Shown here: piece by piece, positions 58,948 to 64,000 of the stretch | Position numbering within the stretch: position 1 is the first letter of the stretch | How the letters are laid out: each line of letters begins with the position of its first letter | Notes under the pieces: generated by a model | Told to the model about the DNA's origin: nothing | Databases searched by the model: none | Seen by the model: only the letters and a program-made list of their open reading frames with translations | From: a plasmid | Length of the DNA stretch: 64,000 nucleotides | Assembly: GCF_054482525.1 (NCBI RefSeq) | Contig: NZ_JBTHVG010000003.1 | Strand: one strand, 5' to 3' | Made by a program: the position numbers and the translations under genes

Positions 58948-60987
58948 CTAGACTTTTAGCCGCTGAAGATCTCTTAGATACCATTGGTGAAACTTGCTGA
59001 AGTCAGCCTTCTGTTTCTCTACCGTGCTTTTATAGATCGCATCACTGGTAACCGCACAAGCAGTCCAGCCAGCCTCATAGACGAAGCGAGTAGCTATCGG
59101 TGACTTCTTCGGGGTGCTATCCCAGCGGTTTTTGAGCCACCGCGCAAGCCCTTCATCAAGAGGGACAACCAGATTTAGCTGCTGTTTTGTGCGAGTGATA
59201 CCGACATAAAACAGCCGACGTTCCTCCTCGATTACCTCTTCGGTCGGAGGGGTGTTCATCGATGTGCGAACGCTGTAAACATCATCGGGTTTGCCGCCAG
59301 GAAATTCCTGCTCATTCAGCCCGACCAGTATTACGTTATCCCACTCCAGCCCCTTGGAACCATGCAGTGTGGAAAGGATGAAGGGATCGCAGTCAGTTGC
59401 AGCCTCGCCTGGATTCAAGATAAGGTTTAAAAACGTGCGGGAATCGATCTTACTGGAGACAAGTAGCTCCTCGATCCTCTTGACCCCTCGTTGCTGGTCG
59501 TTCGATCCAGTGCGAGTTACACCCTCAGAGCCAACACTATCAATGAAACCCTCCATACGCAGGCGTAGTAACACATCGATAGCAGGCGTTTCCTCTCCGT
59601 CTTTCTGGCAGATAGTGGCGAGCCTGCCCAGCCGATCTTTTTGGTTTTGTGCGCCCTCGAATAACTGGCCTAGAGCAGACCATAGGTCGGCGTGCGGAGC
59701 CATCAATCCACTGAGCGCCGCTTTGAATTGCCCTTTCTGCCAGCTAAAACCAGCCTCCTTCAGAAAGCCGTAAACAATCGCTTGTTTGTTGGGATGGTTT
59801 TCCAGTAGCCGCAGATCGCCGTACACAGACAGCAAGACGCCAACTACCAGTATCCCGATTTCAGTGCGGGTGTGTAATGCGCTTGAACCATTGAGGTAGC
59901 GATAAGGTAGCCCACACAGGCGTAAAGTAATTTCCGCCTCAGCAAGGTTCGCCTTAGTGCGGGACAATATGGCTTGTGTTCCACTGCTCACCGAGAGGTT
60001 TGATAGCACCTTGGATAGGCAGTTATCAAAGTGCAATCTGACCTCTGTTTTGGGGGTGCTAGGATGACTGACACAAAGCTTGGTCAGCTTTGTAGAGTTG
60101 CGCCGAATTACCGAGTTAGCCATCAAGGAAAGCTCATGGCCAAATCTGAACGTGCATGACAGTTGAAACACCTTCGTATTCGGGTAGTGCTTTTCAAACA
60201 GTCCGCCGATAAAGTCTGGTCGAGCACCACGCCACTCATAAATACACTGGTTAACATCACCAACAGCCATAACTGACGTATCCGACTTAGATAGCAAGCG
60301 GGTCATGTCATGCTGTATCAGGTTAACGTCCTGATATTCATCAACAATGATGTGCTTGAAGTGGGCACCAAGGCTGCTGTCATTACGCAACAGTGCGACA
60401 GCCTCAACCAAACAGTCATCAAAGGTTCGCAGACTGTTTTCCTCCAGCAGCTCACAATAGCGGCCATAGGCGCGAATAAACTCCCGTTTGATGTTGCTGA
60501 ACGTTGGATCATTGGCAGCATCAACAGGAGTTACGGCCGCCGCCCGGCAGCGAGCAATAAACAGCTCGAAGTTTTCAATTTCATTGGGGTCAATAAAATT
60601 CGCCTCATGGTCAAAGCCATAGCAGTAGGCTTGCTTTACCAGTTGCTCATAGCGGTAGTCGCTTGGAGTAATGAGGTCTTTCTTCTTGATTATCTGTTGG
60701 CGTTCTCCGTAACCAACAATCTTTAAGGCCAAGCTGTGGAACGTGCGGATTTCTGGAATCACGCTCGACATCAGTGCCGTCTTCAACTTCTCCGTGAAGC
60801 TCACCTGCGCCGACTTGTTGTACATCAGGATCAGAATGGAGCGAGGATCAGTTCCCGTCTTGACCAGCCGCTCAACGCGCTTTACAAGTATGGTTGTTTT
60901 CCCGCTACCAGGTACGGCTTTTACCAACGCATGTCCGGTGTCATGGCTGACAATACTTTTCTGCTCCCAAGTCAGTCTTTTTGTCAT
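58948..60987 (-). CDS. UvrD/PcrA-like SF1 DNA helicase (679 aa)
   Basis: Walker A AVPGSGKTT, motif II IIVDEYQDVN, motif III VGDVNQCIYEWRGARPDF, motif V ILSTLHGSKGLEWDNVIL, motif VI FYVGITRTKQQL; its ATG overlaps the stop of the upstream gene (ATGA). Confidence 0.85.
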   Translation of the reverse strand: MTKRLTWEQKSIVSHDTGHALVKAVPGSGKTTILVKRVERLVKTGTDPRSILILMYNKSAQVSFTEKLKTALMSSVIPEIRTFHSLALKIVGYGERQQIIKKKDLITPSDYRYEQLVKQAYCYGFDHEANFIDPNEIENFELFIARCRAAAVTPVDAANDPTFSNIKREFIRAYGRYCELLEENSLRTFDDCLVEAVALLRNDSSLGAHFKHIIVDEYQDVNLIQHDMTRLLSKSDTSVMAVGDVNQCIYEWRGARPDFIGGLFEKHYPNTKVFQLSCTFRFGHELSLMANSVIRRNSTKLTKLCVSHPSTPKTEVRLHFDNCLSKVLSNLSVSSGTQAILSRTKANLAEAEITLRLCGLPYRYLNGSSALHTRTEIGILVVGVLLSVYGDLRLLENHPNKQAIVYGFLKEAGFSWQKGQFKAALSGLMAPHADLWSALGQLFEGAQNQKDRLGRLATICQKDGEETPAIDVLLRLRMEGFIDSVGSEGVTRTGSNDQQRGVKRIEELLVSSKIDSRTFLNLILNPGEAATDCDPFILSTLHGSKGLEWDNVILVGLNEQEFPGGKPDDVYSVRTSMNTPPTEEVIEEERRLFYVGITRTKQQLNLVVPLDEGLARWLKNRWDSTPKKSPIATRFVYEAGWTACAVTSDAIYKSTVEKQKADFSKFHQWYLRDLQRLKV

Positions 60988-61970
60988 GCCTTAACCTTGT
61001 AATTGGCGCACTGACGGGCCTCGGTGTAGGGAACGATCTTTGCTTTACTGTGACATTGCAGATAGCCATCCTCCCATCGGCCTGCTTGCTCGCACATAAT
61101 GCAGTTGGGAAATAGTGAATGAGGATCGGCGTGACGGATAAAAGCTCGTAAGTTATCTGCCAGCTCAGCGGCCCCTAACGATCTAGGCCATGTGTTCACG
61201 TCAGAATTGATTGTTAAATCCACTTCAGCGAGCGGCATCGTTTGTTCGTTGAGTCGGCCGGAACCACTTAAACTCCAGACAGACATATCCACGTTACCTA
61301 CTGAGCAGACGCCGCTACAGGTGTCCACAGATTGAAACGGGGGAAGCCAGTTGAATACTCTCAGGATCTTCTCCTTGATCGAGTAGGCCCCGGTAAGCAA
61401 CATCTGAATATCAGAGGCAGATTGGACCTTAAACTCAAGAATCGGGATACCGGCTTCGATCTTGTCTTGAGAGCAGGGGTGTGTGACACAAATCTCTACG
61501 TAGCAACGCCTTTCGCCAGTCGTATCATACAACATCACGTCTGGTCGCAGCCCTGTGACCTTATCGTGTTTTTCCAGCTCTGCCTGATCGAAAAATTGAG
61601 TCAAGTTGTAGCGTGCAGGCACGGATTTTACGCACTGACGTGCTTCGTCTCTAACTAAGGCTAAATGAGGACCATTACAGGCAACCCGGCGCTCCAGCTC
61701 AAGGCTAATAGGCATTTCACGGCTGAGAGCTTGTTGGTAGCGATAGAAGAATGCTTCTTTGCCGCACTTGTGAAGATAGGTTTCAAGGGCACAGCATTCT
61801 TCCGAATGGCGAAAGTGCTTAGCGTTGAACTCGCCCATTACCGGGGTCAGGGGGCTCTTACAACCTGGGCAGGTGTAAGTATGTGAGCGCAGGGCAGCGC
61901 CAATGTGCGTGAGGGTGCCCTCGTCGTCTAGCGCGTAAGCGTATTGTATTGAGCTGGATTGAGTTGTCAT
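60984..61970 (-). CDS. CoiA-like zinc-finger/nuclease-family protein, helicase partner
   Basis: N-terminal YTCPGCKSPLTPVMGEFNAKHFRH signature; further Cys/His clusters; RPDVML...E-x-C patch suggestive of a nuclease core; start set at the ATG at 61970 (ORF-track TTG at 61988). Confidence 0.55.
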   Translation of the reverse strand: MTTQSSSIQYAYALDDEGTLTHIGAALRSHTYTCPGCKSPLTPVMGEFNAKHFRHSEECCALETYLHKCGKEAFFYRYQQALSREMPISLELERRVACNGPHLALVRDEARQCVKSVPARYNLTQFFDQAELEKHDKVTGLRPDVMLYDTTGERRCYVEICVTHPCSQDKIEAGIPILEFKVQSASDIQMLLTGAYSIKEKILRVFNWLPPFQSVDTCSGVCSVGNVDMSVWSLSGSGRLNEQTMPLAEVDLTINSDVNTWPRSLGAAELADNLRAFIRHADPHSLFPNCIMCEQAGRWEDGYLQCHSKAKIVPYTEARQCANYKVKA

Positions 61971-62600
61971 GACTGCGTAGCCTCCCAAAAAAATCCAGCT
62001 AAGAACAGACCTTACGACAGGGAAATGGTAAGTAGTGCTTCTTGAAGCAGTCGAGTGTACAGCGGCTCAGTGAAAAAGCTAATCGCCCGCTCAACAACCT
62101 AGTGATACTGGTGCAGATTCGACAATGAGTTAATGCCCGGAGAGCATCTGCAAGACTTCTAGCTGGAAGGCATTCCAACCAGCCCTCGCTTCTGAAAAGC
62201 CGTCAGGAAACGGTAAAATCCAACCAAGTGAGCAACTTCACTTGATCAAAGATCTAAGGCTAGAATGATGGAATTACAACCTTAGTTTGCAAATAGCCAA
62301 TTTTTCAAACTTTGCTTACTTTGTCAAGGAAGGTGACCGCAGTAGCAGGCACAACTACTTTAATCTGTATGAATAATAAGGTAGAACCGGCCAGTGAATG
62401 AATGCTTACCCTGAAATCAGGCGGACAACCTTCAGGAATATTGATAGCAAGACTGAATCTCTCGCTGCGGCGATAAACATTTCGCCATAACCCTGAACGA
62501 GAGTGGTTCATCCATCATATACAGGAGCGTTACATGCGCAAATTTAAGTACATAATCTGTCACCAGTCCTGACCAAGGTCCTTTCGCCCGGGATGTTAGG

Positions 62601-62939
62601 TTGAATTGCTACGGGCGATGTGTTGTCACCGGCGTAAGGTCCCCCTGGCGTACTGAGGCCGCGCACTTAACGCCACGTCATGAAGAAGGCATTCCCGACG
62701 TAACGAACGGAATTTTACTTCGCCGTGATATCCATACACTGTTCGACAATGACCATTGCGCCATAAACCCTGACACTATGAAAATTTACTTCAGCCGGGA
62801 GGCCCGGGAGTTGGATGATGATCTCCTGAAATGGCATGGGAATGAGATAGAGACGACACGCATGCAGGTTCCGGTTAACATCGAAAACCTTCGGATACGA
62901 TGGCAAAAATTTAAGGCTAAGGATCGTCAGCGTAAATAA
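62601..62939 (+). CDS. Short HNH-domain protein, possibly truncated
   Basis: CVVTGVRSPWRTEAAHLTPRHEEGIPDVTNGILLRRDIHTLFDND aligns to the HNH core of the 56097..56912 protein; TTG start, only 112 aa. Confidence 0.45.
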   Translation: MNCYGRCVVTGVRSPWRTEAAHLTPRHEEGIPDVTNGILLRRDIHTLFDNDHCAINPDTMKIYFSREARELDDDLLKWHGNEIETTRMQVPVNIENLRIRWQKFKAKDRQRK

Positions 62940-63000
62940 AGCCATAAGCTGAACCACGGCGAGGATTAGTCTTGTTCACTAAATGACAGCGAGAGATTAA

Positions 63001-63204
63001 ATGCAAACCCAAAAAGAAATTACAGTTGGCCAGATCTGGGAAGAAGTGGATCCAAGACTGATCCGGAAAGTGCGGGTTGTTGAGGTGGCCTCGTTAGAAG
63101 GGCCCAAAGGCATCCTTATCGAAAACGTGGAGTCTGGTCGTAAGAACTGGGCGTCGTCATCCCGCTTTAATGGAAAGCGTGGAGGGTATCGTCTTATTTC
63201 CTGA
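63001..63204 (+). CDS. Small hypothetical protein
   Basis: 67-aa ORF. Confidence 0.3.
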   Translation: MQTQKEITVGQIWEEVDPRLIRKVRVVEVASLEGPKGILIENVESGRKNWASSSRFNGKRGGYRLIS

Positions 63205-63545
63205 CGGTTTTGCCAATATGGGAAACTGAAGAGGTTGAAACCATCCCGGTGAGGGAGCATATCTGGTAAAGAAGAGTCTTTAAAAAGGTTTTACGCGACC
63301 TGGGATAATAAACGGGAAAACGATACCCAAAAAAAGAATACAGCGATGATAACGATAAGGAATGGTAAGGGCTTCAATATTTTGAGAAATGCCCTGGCTT
63401 CCTTTGCATCTGCATTTCTAATCAAACTGTCCACATAGGGATCACAGCTCTTAGGTTCTGAATTTTTCATATGTTCTGTACCTGAAATTGATTCCGTATG
63501 AGAAAAGGCCACCGAAGTGGCCTCTATCAAAACTGGTGGCAAAAG

Positions 63546-63950
63546 TTAGATCAGGAAATCATCAAGACTTTTACCGGCTGCAATTTGTTCTGCCAGAGCT
63601 TTGGGGGTACGGCCCTGTCCAGTCCACGTTTTTGTTTCGCCATTTTCATCAGTAAATGAGTATTTGGCCGGGCGTGGTCCACGGCTTTTCTTGGTAGCCG
63701 TAGATTTGGCCTGGAATGAGCCAAGCAGCTCTTCCGGGTTGATACCATCTTCTTCCATTAACTTACGCAGGGCGTCAAGTTTCTCCTGACGAGCTTGCAG
63801 TTCGGCAGCTTTGGATGATTCTTCCTGACGACGCTCATCAACAATGACATTAAGCTTTTCGAGGATTTCCTCAAGTACTTCTAAAGGCAGCTCGCGGCCC
63901 TGGGCGCGAAGAGTACGAATATTGTTTAACGATTTGAGTGCTTCAGACAT
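63546..63950 (-). CDS. hns: H-NS family nucleoid-associated protein
   Basis: [20 protein letters not shown] at the N-terminus and the DNA-binding block [10 protein letters not shown] near the C-terminus; 134 aa. Confidence 0.9.
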   Translation of the reverse strand: MSEALKSLNNIRTLRAQGRELPLEVLEEILEKLNVIVDERRQEESSKAAELQARQEKLDALRKLMEEDGINPEELLGSFQAKSTATKKSRGPRPAKYSFTDENGETKTWTGQGRTPKALAEQIAAGKSLDDFLI

Positions 63951-64000
63951 ACGACCCCACTTTCTAATTCTTTGATAAGGATTTACTTAATCATAATACA

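Noticed and set aside
1-64000. Insertion sequences, transposases, tRNA or rRNA genes
   Set aside because: No transposase-like translation, terminal inverted repeats around a single ORF, or tRNA/rRNA-like sequence was recognised on either strand by eye; a tRNA scan would be needed to be certain.

Overview
This 64 kb window reads like a segment of a large conjugative element (IncHI-type plasmid or ICE); that identity is an inference from gene content, since no database search was possible. It contains: (1) the end of an F-type type IV secretion operon (traW partial, traU, a 1062-aa Cys-rich TraN-like protein); (2) an AT-rich block at about 6-27 kb of mostly unknown genes, nearly every one preceded by a GC-rich hairpin, including a solitary UvrD-like helicase, a CobS-like AAA+ ATPase, a CobT-like vWA protein with an acidic linker, a CHC2/TOPRIM primase, tandem diverged paralogs and a Tus-like protein; (3) a tyrosine recombinase at a compositional boundary; (4) a GC-richer tellurite-resistance island with terW, terY/terX/terY, a vWA + PP2C phosphatase + Ser/Thr kinase triad, a six-gene biosynthetic operon (ATP-grasp, two PRTases, HAD, CitE-like, unknown), and divergent terZABCDE plus terF; (5) a right-hand accessory region with hipBA, a full and a fragmentary HNH nuclease, an hsdM-like N-terminal fragment with a G9 tract, a translationally coupled CoiA-like/UvrD-like helicase pair, and a plasmid-type H-NS. 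No rRNA, tRNA, CRISPR array or transposase was recognised. The best candidate for an undescribed system is the CoiA-like + UvrD-like helicase operon (58948-61970, minus strand). Secondary candidates are the hairpin-punctuated paralog array, the CobS-like/CobT-like module, and the ter-linked signalling and biosynthetic operons, which are predicted in comparative genomics but lack a known mechanism. All calls rest on reading motifs in the supplied translations; start codons were re-chosen where the ORF track began at an upstream alternative start.
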